Positions 14,507 through 28,824 of a stretch of 64,000 nt of DNA are shown here, piece by piece. Positions within the stretch are counted from its first letter, which is position 1, and the number at the start of each line of letters is the position of its first letter. Where the stretch lies: NCBI GenBank assembly GCA_028023455.1, contig JAQFVV010000002.1, positions 4,030,001 through 4,094,000 on the forward strand. The letters run 5' to 3'. The DNA is from Epiperipatus broadwayi (Eukaryota; Animalia; Onychophora). The notes beneath the pieces were generated by a model. The model did not search any database. It saw only the letters and a program-made list of their open reading frames with translations, and was not told the origin of the DNA. The translations under genes and the position numbers were made by a program.

Positions 14507-15859
14507 AAAAAAATAGTTTCATCTTTATTTATTTACATTTATGATAGGAAGAAAGAAAAATCATTACTGGCTTTTAAATATTGACCAATAACTTACTTAT
14601 TTTTATTACCCCCCCCCCCCCAATATTTTAAAATGACATTTAGATTTGCCATCAAATTACTTTAGGAATTGACAAGCTTTTTTATTTAAAATTTCATTTA
14701 GAATGCAAATCAGACAGAGTATAAAATAATTTATATTTTTGTGAGTTATGTAGTCCAAATCCCTGCATGCATCAAAATGATTTTCTTTCTTTCTTTACAC
14801 TACAACTTATGATTTTTTTTATTTTTCACTTATGCAAAGTAACTTTCCATTATAAAATATTTAATGATATGATTAAATGTATAAACTTACTTTTTTTTTT
14901 AATTTATTAAACCAGTGTAACCTACATGACATGTATATTATGCCTATTATACACACCCTTACACATGCAAAGATTTATATATTTTAGAATAAACACATTT
15001 TAATGCAGTTTTGTAAAGTAAGTTAGCTGCTATCAGATTTCTTCAGTTATAAAATACTTCCTTTAAAATGAGACAATGGGACAGTATAACTTTTCATTTT
15101 TCATTTGTGGGCTTAATGGAAAAATTTTAACTTTAATTTATTTATCTGATTATTTTTGTATTTCAGTCATTTTCATTAATTGTGTTTAACGGAATACATA
15201 TCTCCATGTTTACTGTTCAGAGATTTTATTGATGTTAACCTGTATAAAGAATGAATAGGATTTCAACTTTAGAATTTATAAAACAATTAAACATAGGACA
15301 TTAAGATTTATAACGAAGCATAAACTCTAGAAGCATCATCTCAGAATAAATTCTGTTATGTTACTCATAACGCATTATTAATCAAATATAAGCCTCCCCT
15401 TTGAATATTAGAAATGGATAAATTAAACAAACAATCAAACTGCACCTTGCTCATTTTAGCCTTATAGGGGGATGTCAGTAAACCACCTAAAATGTTGTGG
15501 CAGTGTCTGAGACAATATACACTTCAATTATACCATGACAACATAGTGCCTCATGTACCTGACCAAAACCCAATACATCACTAGAAATGGAACATACTTA
15601 AACAAACTTTAATAAAACTTTTTTTGATCATTCTCTCCACAAATCAATATAATATTGTGGACACATGTTTTGCTAATTTTAATGTCACTTTTGGTATTGT
15701 CATATAATTTAACTTTTAAAACATTACAAATAATTTTCTGCTTAAATTATTTATTATTTTAAACAGATCCAGTGGCAATGAAGAATAAACTATGCTTTAT
15801 TTTTTTGAATTAACTTTTACCTTTCTCCAGGTATATTTTTAGTTGTTGATATATTATTT

Positions 15860-16940
15860 AGGATGAGAAAAAATCTAACATTTTCTTCATTCTGGAGTGA
15901 ATTTCTTACTTTCTTTTTTTCTTCCTTTTATTTTTCATTCAGCATACTGGCAGTGAAACTTCACAATCTGTCAAAGATAATCAAACTCAAAATACTATTA
16001 GAACATTTTATTACTTTTGATTTTCATATACTTTCTCCCTTTTTCTTTAGAGGCTTTACAATATCAAGTACTACTACTTTTAATTTTCTTCACATGTTCT
16101 TCATCACCATCATTTTTTAATATTCAGGCAATGGAATTCAGCTTTGTACAATCTCTTTTACGTGAGTACTTGTTTTCATGGATGCCTGAATTTGTATTTT
16201 TTTATAATAGCATCATTATAAAAGTTTTCTTCTTTTAAAGAATCTATATTAGATTTTTTAACTAAATTGAAATTCAATATTTCATTGATCTCTTCTATTA
16301 CTATGCTTGGTTCTAAATGTGATGTTTCCTTTATACTTATTTTATGTTCTCCAATATTTTCAACATCTGTTATATTGTTGATCATGACTCTAAGTTCATC
16401 TAAAGATTTTGCACATGTTTGCATAATTTCAGAAAGATTGTTGTCATTGCTTTTATTATAAAAGAATATTTTTTATTCAAAAATTTGTTTAAAAAGTTAT
16501 TGAAAAAAATATATATATATATTAATGATAAAGTTTGTCCCAAAAAATATAAATGGAAGTTCTACAGGATATGCTACAATTTATGTTAATAAAAAAATAA
16601 TAATTTATTTTATTCAATGAAAAAGATAAATTATTTTTTGAAATAAGTGAAAGGAAAATAAGATCATGGACCACTTCAAATATTTCATTCATTTTTTAAA
16701 GCCTTTTTTATGTGCCTGTGACATTTTTTTCATAAATATGATATGTCTCTTTTGTTGCTTGTCTTTAAGATTTTATTCTCATTCTTTCATAAATGCATAC
16801 ATCATTTCAACCATAACTGTGCCTGGTTTTTCTTCTGAAAGCTTTTGCAATGTCTGAACAGCTTCTTGTTCTATCAGTTCTGATTCCATTGGTCGTATAG
16901 TTCTTGAGTTGCTGTTGTATCTGTGTTTACTGAATGTGTT
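15860..16940 (-). pseudogene. Decayed coding sequence of unknown family (acidic, coiled-coil-like), two blocks
   Basis: Block ~16940-16680 reads MESELIEQEAVQTLQKLSEEKPGTVMVEMMYAFMKE*E*NLKDKQQKRH. Block ~16460-15860 contains ORF 16176-16424 and continues after a frameshift with TGA stops that look like CGA>TGA decay. Confidence 0.4.
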
Positions 16941-19900
16941 ATCATTTAGATAAAAAAAAACTAGATGTTCTATAATACTTGTTGACTATCTTTATTTTTG
17001 TTTTTGCTGATTTACAAATTTAACTATTAACTTCTATTTTAATAACCTTTTTTAATTTTTTTTATTTATCCACTATTGTCATTACATTTTTAAAGTACTT
17101 GAAGGTTTATTTCAGTTATTTAAATTAACTATTGTACAGTTATAATTATATTTTTATTAAGCACAGAGAAAGTATATGTAAATACTTAAACAGGCTTTAA
17201 CCTGTAATGAATGTGTCTTAAAATTTCTAATAGTCAAGCAATATTAATTGTGATAAAGAAACCTCACAAAACTATGACACAAGATAGTGACTTTTATAAA
17301 GATAAGAGCAGCCATCTTATCTTTAACCTAAATTTCTATTTATATAGGCTAATCTGAAGCTTCCTGATTGGGGCTTTTCCAAAAAAGCTATTGCTTCATT
17401 ATTGCTAATATTTAATTAAAAAAAAAATTTTGAGAAGAATTTATTTTCATCTATCTCTGTAAATTATATAAGCATAGGCAAGTCTAAATAATCAATGATT
17501 AAAATATTTCTGTCATGAATAGATAATATTATGTTTTAATAGATTTGTTAAAATATTTAAACTTATAGTTAATTAAAATAGATGTTAAAAAGTTAAATCT
17601 AAAATATAGCTAATAATATTAGAGAAGTTTAGATTATTTAATATAAGTTAGAATAACTAGAATAGTGCCTGGATCACTATAATATTAATGAAATTAATTT
17701 AATGTTAAAATTTAAGGAGTAGTTAGTATAATTCAAATAAAGTATTTATTTAATCTGATTCAAAATAATAATCAGTCAATTTGTTTAAATATTAGTATTA
17801 AAGTTGAGATGAAGATTAAACCAAATTGGTTTAATTTAGTTAAATAGGTGATCAGTTTATTTCTATTTTAAGAAAATGTAAAGCAATTGGTTTAAAAGAT
17901 ACAGGTGATTTCTGAATGTGTAAGTATGCATGCTTATAGTAGTAAGTTTAAATTTTATTTGATAATGGAAATATTTCTTTAGTTTATAATATTTAATATT
18001 ATTCTAGAGTATTTTTGTTTAATTAAAAGGATTAAATAAAATATTAGTGAACCTCTAATATTATTCATGTATATAATTTAAAATAGCTTAAAACAGTTAG
18101 TAAAATTAGGGAATATTTATTTTATATATTTTTTAGTATTTTTTTAACAATATAACTTGATTGATGTAAAATTCCTAGCCTGTCTCATTATCTGATGATG
18201 ATTTTATTACTAGATTTAGATTTAGACAAAAGGCCAATCAACTGTTAAATTTAAATGTGGAGAAATCAATAGGAAATGAGGTTTCCTATCAATCAGAATA
18301 ATTGACATTAACAAATTATAAAAATATGTGCACACACACATGTTTAAGGGAAAAGTGCATTAAAGAGGCAGTAAAAGGAAAGAAGCAGAGTGAAGGAAAG
18401 AGAAGTTTATTTAGCTCCCAGCCATAACAATTTGCAGATGAAGTTAAACTTTGATTAGTCAAAAGTAAAGGAAAAATTTTAATGTTTTTTTTTTTTGTCA
18501 AAAGTAAAAATGAATCCATAAAACGATATCAGATACTGGTTCTCATCCAACATTATCCAGGAGATCTAAATAAAGTGTTAAAGGAAGAATTTATAAACAA
18601 GATAACAAGTAATCATCTAAAAGTGATGAAAGCATTGTTTTCTGGAGCTAAAGTGTTACAGGTATTCTGTTCAACTAATTCTAATCCAGTTAAAGACTTC
18701 ATTCATTATGAACTGTTTAAATTTCTTACTTGAAAGCAGATGTATTGAAAGTTTATTTTAGTGTTAATTACAATAATTTTAATATTCTACTATAACTTGT
18801 TAAGATAATAGGATTCATCAGAAACTTTTAAACTGTTTGTTGTCTTTTGTCTCAAAATTCTTTAAAGAAATAATTATTCATGAAAGTGAAAGTTGTTGTT
18901 GTGAACACTAATGATTTTATTATCATAGTAATTAAATAGTTGTTTCTCATGTTGACTAAAAAGGAAAATTTTCATTGATAAAGTTATTGAGACTTTCACT
19001 TACAAATCAATATTTTTAATTTTTGAGAGTTATTATTTGTCTTTGATAGAGTGTTAAATAATTAATAAAAAATTATTTTCTTTGAAATGACTATACGTAA
19101 TGGTTACTTTAAAGATGCTCAAATTTAGATAAGAACATTTTAAACAAACCACTGTAAAATATTTAAATAAACTGTATAATATGTAAATGTTTCATTCAGA
19201 AAATTGCTTAATTATAGAAATGATATATGTAATAAATGTAATATTACTTAAAAATATACTTAGCTTGAAAAAGAAAATGTTTAAGATCAAACCGCTATAT
19301 TAAATATTGTGTTGACAAAAACCCTACTTGAATTGGAAAAGAAGAATATGTATTAAATTCTAAATTAAAAATAATTATCTACATTAAACAGAGTGAAATC
19401 ATTGTAATGTGATAGAAATGTTGAATTGGTCTGTCCAATATATGAGGAATAATTCATGAAATAATGGCCATTTATTTATTCATGTATTAATATTTTCTTT
19501 GTGTGTGCAAAGTCTTTATGAAAGGAAAAACTGTCAATGCAAATGCACTTTTTGAATTATATTACCAGAATGCAGAGAACATCCTTATGTGTTGAATTAT
19601 TTGTAGTCGGACCAGGAACTGTTCCAGATTAAGAAGTTGAATGTATTTTTTTTTATTTATATATAAAAAAAGTTTTTGGCAAAATTTATGCTTAAAAATT
19701 AAGTTATACATTATAACATTATATTATATGCTATTTTAAATATTAATAGTCTTATATTTTATGGTCAAGCATGCCTGACAGAGATTCACTTATTATTGTT
19801 AGCAGTAAAGATACTATATGTTATATAATAATTTAGTATTGTTATTTTAAAGAGTTTTGCTATGTCCTTTATTATGAGACGTATATTTGTAATGAATGTT

Positions 19901-20011
19901 TTATATTTATAAAAATGAAGTATATTTCTTGTTTTTTTTAATTACTTAAAGATACTTTTTTCCCAGTAGTATTTGAGAATTATTATTTATCGATTTTATG
20001 CATCAATTTAA

Positions 20012-20136
<125 letters not shown>

Positions 20137-20139
20137 TCC

Positions 20140-20700
20140 TCCTCATCATCATCAAGAGTTTAGAATTAATTCCTCTCTAGTATATATGATCTGTGTTATC
20201 TAATCATTGTGCATTTCCAAGGTATATAAATTTTCTTTCTGCCTTGATGGTTTGGAGATTGAGTTTAGCACCCTCATTATTGTTGATATTAAAATAATTT
20301 AGAAATATTATTAGGAGATAGAGGATTACTCTTTCTGATAGTGTCGTCTTGAGTAATATTTTCTCACAGTTTATGGTTGCAGTTGTGGTGGTTCATTCCC
20401 ATTATTATACATGTCTAGAGAAAAAGTCCTAACATATTTTATTGCTCCTCAGAATATAGGTGCTTATTCTCGGTTCATACCATCACAGATTTATTGATTT
20501 ATTAGCTTTTCCTCTTGGAAGTATTTTCTTTATTATTTATTTACTACCATGTATGGTGTTGTTGATATTTAGTATGTTGGTCATTCATAAGTTTTGTTAT
20601 TTTGAATTGTATCATTCTCTTCAAGAACATCTTTAACTCCCTAAGTGTAGATTGAGAGTTTTGATGTATAATCTGTTTTGTTATGCTTTGCCAGCAATAC
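20140..20700 (-). pseudogene. Decayed LINE RT fragment (RTE-like) whose 3' side runs into the (TAC)n tract
   Basis: Minus-strand remnants CDGMNRE (cf. AYDSVNRE), IRKSNPLSP (cf. IRQGDPLSP, 20312-20339) and KFIYLG (20217-20233), in RT order. The YADD region is missing. Confidence 0.45.
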
Positions 20701-21521
20701 ATGAATTAAAACCAATAATGATTTATTCAAAATTATAAATTTATATTATGAGCCTAAAATAAGCAATGTGCATCATAACCATCATTATCCATAAGCAAAT
20801 CATCACTGGACTGTTAAGCTCTAAAGATCATTTATGTTTACTCATTGTTGGGGCAAATAGCATTGAGTGTGTAGATGTATACATGTGAACTCTGAAAATA
20901 CTTAAAGGCTTTGTTAAAATTTAGTAATTAAAAACCATAGAGTTCATAAATAATGCATAGTTGGTATAATGTGTATCATAAATTTATTAAAAATTTGGTA
21001 AAGTTCTATTGATTTCAAGGCACAGAATATTTATTCAGAATAGTGATAAAACAAATATTTAATTTGAACAATAAATTTTCTTATAATAATTTTAATTGGT
21101 CAAATGTGCTTAACTACCTAAGACCATCATAATTCAGGCATGTAATGTGCTAATTTAAGTAATTTTGAAGTTGTAAAGTGCTCTCTAGTAAGCAATTGCA
21201 TAAGACTGTTGTAAATATTTTTTTGTAATTCTTAATAACCAACTTCCATGGTATTTCATGTTTATAAAATTTTGTTCATTGTAAATATATGATATTTTTT
21301 TATTTAATCTAGTGTAGTGTCTTTATAATGTTCTTGGTATTAACTAAATCCATATCCAGAAATCTAAACCTTATATATTTTATAATGGAAATATTTTTCA
21401 AGGATTTATTCAGGGTACAGACACATAAATTAAATGTTAAACTCTTTAACTAATGATGAACTTGCAGATATGAAGAGTGCATTTGAAATAACTATTATAT
21501 ATTTATTATATTGTTCACTAT

Positions 21522-21590
21522 AACATCACATGATCACCATTCATTATGCTTACACAAGCTGTTTTCACAGAGGCAAAACTATCCATATGC
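21522..21590 (-). repeat. Old, diverged family A fragment
   Basis: aacatcacatgatcaccattcattatgct...ggcaaaact matches the family A consensus near its terminal region. Confidence 0.55.
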
Positions 21591-21805
21591 TATAATTTGA
21601 AACTGCAATTTATTTAAATAAGTCTGCTTTTGCAATCAATTATTGTCTATTTCCATGTAATAAAATTGTTCATATTATTGATGAATATTTTGAATGGACA
21701 TAAAATCCTTTTCCCATTCTTGGTATTCAAATGCTATCCTAGTAAATGATTATTTTATTCCAAATTTAGACCTTGATGCAATTTTTGTATTAGTTAAATT
21801 ATTTA

Positions 21806-22157
21806 TTATGCTAGCACATAACTGTTATGAAACAGGCAAAACTCTATACAGTAGTGCCACTCAGTGCCAACCAGAATAATCAATGGATGCCAGAAGGCTT
21901 GTGCTTAAAATCCCTATCTAGTGCCTACTCATCCAATATCCCCAGACTAGTTTCTGGCTTGTGAGGAGCTTTGGATGTGAGAGCACTGCACCTAGATCTT
22001 AGGATCCTCACTGATGAAAGTCACAAGCCAAAAACTAGTCTGGGGATATTGGATGAGTAGGCACTGGATGGGGATTTTATGCACAAGCTTTCTGGAATCC
22101 ATTGATTATTCTGGTTAGCCCTGAGTGGCACTACTGTATGGAGAGTTTTGCCTGTTT
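21806..22157. mobile_element. Family A HHR repeat, locus A2 (short fold-back)
   Basis: Antisense arm 21806-22006 (HHR core deleted), sense arm 22007-22157 (CTGATGA..AAAACTAGTC, G12 mutated). Direct repeat ttatttatta at 21799-21808 and 22156-22165. Confidence 0.9.
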
Positions 22158-23304
22158 ATTTATTAAATTATAATTCAATAGGTAGGCATTAACTTGTAGA
22201 TTAGGTGTGTTTTCCCATGTATCACTAGAATATCATTCCTTTATCAACAACATGTCCATGAAGCAAATATTAAAAACTTAATGTTAAAATAATACAAAAA
22301 TTCTGAGAATATAATACTATAATTTGATGAATAAGAAGTTATATCTACTGCCAAAGAAAGGCAGAGTGGCATAACAAGTCAGTAAGATTTATAAAAGCTG
22401 ACTGTTTGCTAAATGTGGATTTGATCGTTGCAATATGATGATGAAGAATGAGTTAGAGATGTAAGAGTATGCTGGAGTGGAGATGATGGAAAATATTTAT
22501 TATGAGAGAAATTAATTGTATTCTTGTTATTTTATGATTTGTGTTATGAATACTGAGAGATTTTAAAAGTTTTTCAAGAGTGTGTTGAGGTTTCTTTTTT
22601 TAAATTTATTAATTATATGTTATAATGTTTATTATTATTGGTGTTATGTCTCTCTGTGTTCTTGGAATAGATGATGATAGCAAAAGAATTCTGAGGTTAG
22701 CTTAGCCTCATTAACCATATTTAGCTTATTGGTTTTGCATATCCTGAGCTTTAATATAGCTTTAATCATAAGTAGTTTTATAGCTTCACCCTCATTTTCC
22801 CTAGGTACAATATATATTTTAATTATACACTATCATTATATGCACTCACCAGTTTAACCCTTTATTTACAACCATCTCCAGAATAATATGATATACCAAT
22901 GTCTTAATATTTATTATTATTTTTATATATACTGCGGTTTATTAAATATTATTTTACCTACCTAGACTCAAACTACTGCTTTCATAAATTATTAGTATAT
23001 ACCCTTTTTACAAATGCTAAGGATTAAAAAATAAAAATACATTTAATTAAAAAAAAATAGAAAGAGAGAGCTACTAAATATAACTGCAAAATTTAAAAAT
23101 TTGAATAATTAGCAGTTAAGATCTGAAAATATAAATAGAAGATAGATATAAAATATGTTAAAAAATAATATTATTGGTTAAAGAAATTAACATATTGAAA
23201 GTTAATATAATAATGTAAAATATAAAAAAACAATGATATATAATGTTAGAGTTAAATATTTTTTAAAAAATTAATAAGAATAAAATAATAAAAAAATACA
23301 TGAA

Positions 23305-23313
23305 ATAAAAATA

Positions 23314-23348
<35 letters not shown>
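23305..23348 (+). repeat. Compound (TA)n(TG)n microsatellite in AT-rich low-complexity sequence
   Basis: Read directly from the sequence. Confidence 0.85.
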
Positions 23349-24284
23349 ATTATAGGAAGTATTGATTGATAAATATAAAATATAAAAAAGATTAAAATGT
23401 ATAATATATGTAAAAAGATAATAATTAAATAGAGAGATATATAAAGATACATGTGAATATATAAATAATGATTATAAGATAGAATATATATAAAATGTAA
23501 AATTATATGTTCATTTATATTTATATTCATGTATTTTTATTGTGTTTGTTATAGTTCTGAAAAAGATTGTTAGGACAATCAAAACCACCAATAGTGTGTT
23601 GTAATTATATAAAGCATTGTAAAAGTAATAAAGAAGGTAAATTTATATATTTATTAATTGATATATTATTTTATTTTTTTGTAAATAAATATTTTATTAA
23701 TTAAAACATTGAATCGTGTGATTATTCTACTTCATTGAATATATTATTTTGTGGTATTAATTTAAAGAGCCTACATAATTAGATTTTATACTAATATATT
23801 AAAAATTCAGTTATCTAACAATAAACAATTGTGTATATATCTTAATAATTTATGAACTTATTTTAGCAATTTCCTTATTTACATTTCCTTAATTATATAA
23901 GTTAAGCTCATGTCTCTATAAATATTAATATTTGAAATTAAATAAATTGACACTCTAATGTATTTGTGTTTTTGTAATTTATATTCTTCAAATGTTGTCA
24001 TATATCTTTATGCTGTTATACTTTGAAAATAAATTATATTTGAGATTTAAAACAGGATAAATTACTTACTTAGTTTATAATAATTAAGTTGATTTATAAC
24101 AATATACATTTTGATTCTAGACATGATGAGCCATTAAGTAAATTCAGTATGATATTCATTACTTTGTAATGGTATAATGTTTGGCCAGCCTAAATTCCCA
24201 GGGCTTAGTATTAAATAAAACTGTATTCATTTTATACTATTATAATATATAATACTGAAATACAAATATAATGTATATACATAA

Positions 24285-25470
24285 TCTGGAGATAATTAAA
24301 GGGATTTTAATCCAGATTTTCAATCTCCCTACAGTAATCTACTCTATCCAATATAACAAATATACATAACACATATATGTGAAAAGAATAAATTGTTTCC
24401 AATACACTTATTTCATGCTGAACCATCACTCATCAGTCGGTATTGATCATCATCTCCCACACATATATAAAATCAGTGCTTGATTTATGATAAGATAGCA
24501 AATCTACACTCTTTAATGGACCGACTCCAATCCTCTCCACTGAAAATTTGATGATGGAATGGCTAAAGCTCTTGATAATGCCAATATTATAGTCATACCC
24601 ACATTGACCTTAAATCAATCTGCCCCCTCATATGTAGGATCCTAATATGTTCATTTAAATACACAGAAGAGGGATGGGCAGAATACAGGCTGAATATGTA
24701 ATATTGATATACAAGTATAATGCATATACTTAATTTAGGTGTAATTAAATGGATTTGAACCCAGACTTTTACATTCCTACAGTGGAAATAATTGAAACTT
24801 GTCCATTAAAATGAGTAGAGTTGCTATCTTAATATAAACCAAGCACTATATAAGTGTGTGAAATGATGATCCGAATCAACTGACCAATGCTGGTTCAGCA
24901 TGAAATACAAATATATTTGAGATTATTTATTTTTTCCACATGTATGTGGTCATGTATATCAGTTCTATTGTATATAATGGATGATTATAGAAAGCTCAAA
25001 AGTCTTGGTTCAAATGCACCTTTAATTACATATTCATTATACTAGAATTTCAATATTACATATTTAGCCTGTATTCTTCCCATACCTCTTCTGTGTATTT
25101 AAATGGGTATATTAAAAAGTTTTATATATGAAAGGCCAGATTGTCTCAAGATCAACACCTATATGACTTTAATATTGGCATCATCAAGTACTATGGATGG
25201 ATGAAGAATTGGAGAGTGAAGAGGATTGAAGTCTGTCCCTTAAAGTGTGTAGATTTTCTATCTTAATATAAACTGAGCACTGATTATATATGTGTGTGTG
25301 ATATGATGATCCAGACCAATTGATAGGTGCTGGTTCAGCATGAAATACATGTATTGGAGGTCATTTATCTTTTTCACATGTATATATGATCATGTGTATT
25401 GGTTATATTGGATAAAGTCGATAACTGTAGAGAGCTTGAAAGTCTGGGTCCAAATCCACTTTAATTACAT
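24285..25470. mobile_element. Family B1 HHR repeat, tandem plus fold-back locus
   Basis: Antisense arm ~24285-24785 (period ~449 bp), sense arm ~24790-25470 (period 440 bp: gctggttcagcatgaaatac at 24889 and 25329). Three HHR copies: 24392-24450 (minus, core intact), ~24875 and ~25315 (plus, cores mutated). Confidence 0.88.
24392..24450 (-). ncRNA. Type I hammerhead ribozyme (family B1), core intact, stems partly decayed
   Basis: Minus strand: ACCGA CUGAUGA GUGAU-GGUUC-AGCAU GAAA UAAGU GUA / UUGGA. Confidence 0.6.
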
Positions 25471-26499
25471 TACAATATATATAATTTTACTTGTAGATAT
25501 AGACTGTATTTTCTCTTTGATGGCAACTGTCTTATCCAGCATCTATATATGGAGAAAAGTTGTTGGTGGTGAATTTTTTAGTGCATCATCATGTTCATTT
25601 CTGGAAGAACTGATATGAAGAATACTCAAGGTTATATAATAGGTTCCAAAAATTGCTCATGGATTTTATAAACTCTTTGTGCATTAAGAGGAAACAAATT
25701 AATAAGTCATAATTTTTTGACTAATAGTATATTAATTTTATGTTATAATGTTTCAAAGCACATGCAATACTATTTGTAGTTCCTTTTAATATAAGGAACC
25801 TAAACTCTAATGACAATTAGTTGTTTTTTTTTTGTCATATTTTTTTAACAACACTATTTTGTCTTGCAATTAAGTCTTTATTATAACCATTAATCTAAAA
25901 AAATGACAACTCTAAATTTAGAGAATTTTTGCCATATTAAAAAAAAAACCTTATCTGGTTGACAATGAAATAGAAATATCAACTATCTATCACAGTATTT
26001 TTTTTTTAAAACTGAATATGGCAAAATTATCTGCTTTTTGATGATGAATACATCAATCTTCATTTTTATAAAGTAAACTCTATTAGCGGCAAAATTATAT
26101 ATAAGTATATGTACAAGAGTAAAATTTAAGCTACATAACATATAGAAAACATAGGCAATTAAGGCAGATGAAAAATATATGAATTTTATGTTAGTAATAT
26201 CTTATGTAGGTGTATTTATATTTTAATTACAATTTACTCACTTTATACATAACAGCAACAATGAATAACATTTAACTAAAAGAAAATTATACTGCCAAAC
26301 TTGTCTATAATTTCTTTAGGTACGGATTTGAGAAAATTTAAACACACATTAAACTACTCTTTATTATTTTTTAAAGGGTATTTTATTTCTTCTTGTTAAA
26401 TATAATAGAATAGTGAGCAATCTATATAGTTATAAGAATAATTACCATGACTTTGAAGGACTGAAAAAAATTTAATGTTTTTTCTTGAGCAATTGCTTG

Positions 26500-27320
26500 A
26501 GATTTATTAGTATCAGTTGTGAAATACTTTAAGTCATAAAGATGAAAAATAAAAACAGGTTTGAAAAAGGTAAAACATCTCTTTTGGATGATTATTACAT
26601 CAGCTATGACTAAGAAGTCATATATTTTGAAATGTGAATGAAGTTTTGTTAATAGACAAAGTTGACAATAGATATCTATTAGGATATATAGTCATTTATC
26701 ATTAAATGAGACACCAACAAGATATCTGACATTGTATAAGTATAATATATCTGTAGCCTCTATTGCATGATCAGTAAAATCAAATGAATTGCACAAAGAA
26801 ATGAAGCAAGCAATGGCACAAGTGATGGGGTGGTTTTTGTAATTGGACTAATTAAGATTGTGATGTATATTTGAGATCTAATACAGGAGATAATCAAGAT
26901 CATAGCAGTTGTAATTCTTAGAAGATGTGAAATATAATTCCTAGATGTATGACTTTGATATAGATATTTTTTCTAATGGTAATTAAACACATTCACAGCT
27001 TAGAGAAAACAAGAATATTCTTTCTAGCTTTGATAACATAAACTTTTACTGTAGAATTAGATATTTTTGAGCAGAAAGATTTTAGCTTTGTATGAACATT
27101 GCTGCTAAAGGTTTGAGTGATAAATTGTATCTAAGATAATTTAATTGAAATTCAAGAAGGAATGTATTAGTTTCTATGAAGATCTGTTAATAACTGCCAC
27201 ATGAATGACTTTAAAAAAATCTGTATTGTAAATCCTGTTAGAATTTGGAATTGATTTAGAAAGTGAAGTTTAAAAAGAATGTTTTAAGGCCTCTGAAAAT
27301 TATCAGGACATAATCAATTC
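26500..27320 (-). pseudogene. Possible heavily decayed LINE RT remnant
   Basis: Minus-strand traces PDNF (cf. PGPDGF), YDLDY (cf. AYD.VDH) and RYLVGVSFNDK (cf. KYLGVTFD.KL), in plausible order. No clean motif. Confidence 0.3.
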
Positions 27321-28359
27321 AGAATATCAATTTAACAATTGATCCAGACAAAAAATAAAGTTTTTTTGTGCATTGCTCAATATCAAATATTTAAATATGT
27401 GGAAAAATCTGTTATATTTTTATATTACAAAAATCATTATCAATGTCAATAGACAGTAATCAATGAAAATAGTAAACTGTCAATGTTCTGAGTATTTAAA
27501 AGGAGCACCTCTTCTAAATACAATCTCTTGGTATTATATGAAGACTAAAGCATTAAAAGCATTTATTTACAGTGTAAGAAAAGAAAGCCAATGATCTTTT
27601 ACACATTCCTTAGAAATAATAGACTGTTCCACCAATCAGTTTAATGTTATAAATTAATAATTTTTGTAATTGTTTACTTACTTAAATATGTGGAAATATC
27701 TGTTATATTTTCATAGTAAAAAAATCACTATCAGATAAAAGTAAGAATAATAACAGTTATAACCCATCTTTTAAAATTTGGGGTCAATATATAACATTCT
27801 ATTGACATCCGAAAATTTCAAACCTTTAAAAGTCATCCCACATATGAGCATTGAAATTCTAAACATTTTAAAAATATTCTGTAATTTTTTTTGTGCAATT
27901 TTCAAATGCATAATTTTTAAATAATACTTATTTACAAGATTTAAGGCAAATAAATAAAATGAATTATATTAATTACACTAATAAATACTTTATACTGTTT
28001 TTAAAAATAACATTTTTCTCTGTTATCCTTCTATTTCTAACAATCTATTAATTCTTTTGAATGAATTAAATTTGTTTAAAGTAATACTAAATTCCAAGAA
28101 TAAGATGACACAATGTACACATATTTTTATTACTAATAAAACTTATTGCCACCAATTCTATCTTTATATATATTATGTATAAATATATCAATTATACACA
28201 TATTTTAGCCATATGTATACATAAGAAGTACAGAATATATTTTAAATAAAATACTACTACTCTTAACTTATTTTTAGCATGAACAAACAAAAATATTGAT
28301 ACTTTATTTAAATCAAAACTAAACTAAATATGACTTTAATCTATTGGATATAAAATAAT

Positions 28360-28530
28360 GTATTATATATATTACTAAACTAATTTTAAGGTAAATATTT
28401 GAATTTTATAACTATATTTATTTCTTATAGAGTTGAACTTTTTTTTATTTATAAAATTCAAATTACTGCTGTGCATTCACAAAATTTTCCTGATTAACTA
28501 AAAAAAATTTTTTTTAGTTTCTTCGGCAGT
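28360..28530 (+). repeat. ~170-bp direct repeat, second copy at ~30521-30690
   Basis: Both copies contain tatatattactaaactaattttaaggtaa(a/g)tatttg..ttttataactat and cattcacaaaat(t/c)ttcctg. Confidence 0.75.
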
Positions 28531-28824
28531 TTTAACAAAAGTTTCATTTTGTGTATTTTATAAGATAAATAATTAATATATTTATATTAAATAATAATGA
28601 TTTACAAGATTTAAAAAAGAATAATTTAAATTATATTAATTACATTAATAAACATTTTGTGCTATTATTAAAAATAATATATTAATTTTTTTTGTTTGTT
28701 TGTTTATTGAAGATAACTTTAATCTCTTGTCTAAATTCTTGGAAAATGCTTTGAAAAGAAGAATCAATTTTTTCCTTAAAATTTTTAATTTCATTATGAA
28801 AGGCCCCGGCTTTTTCTTTTCAAT

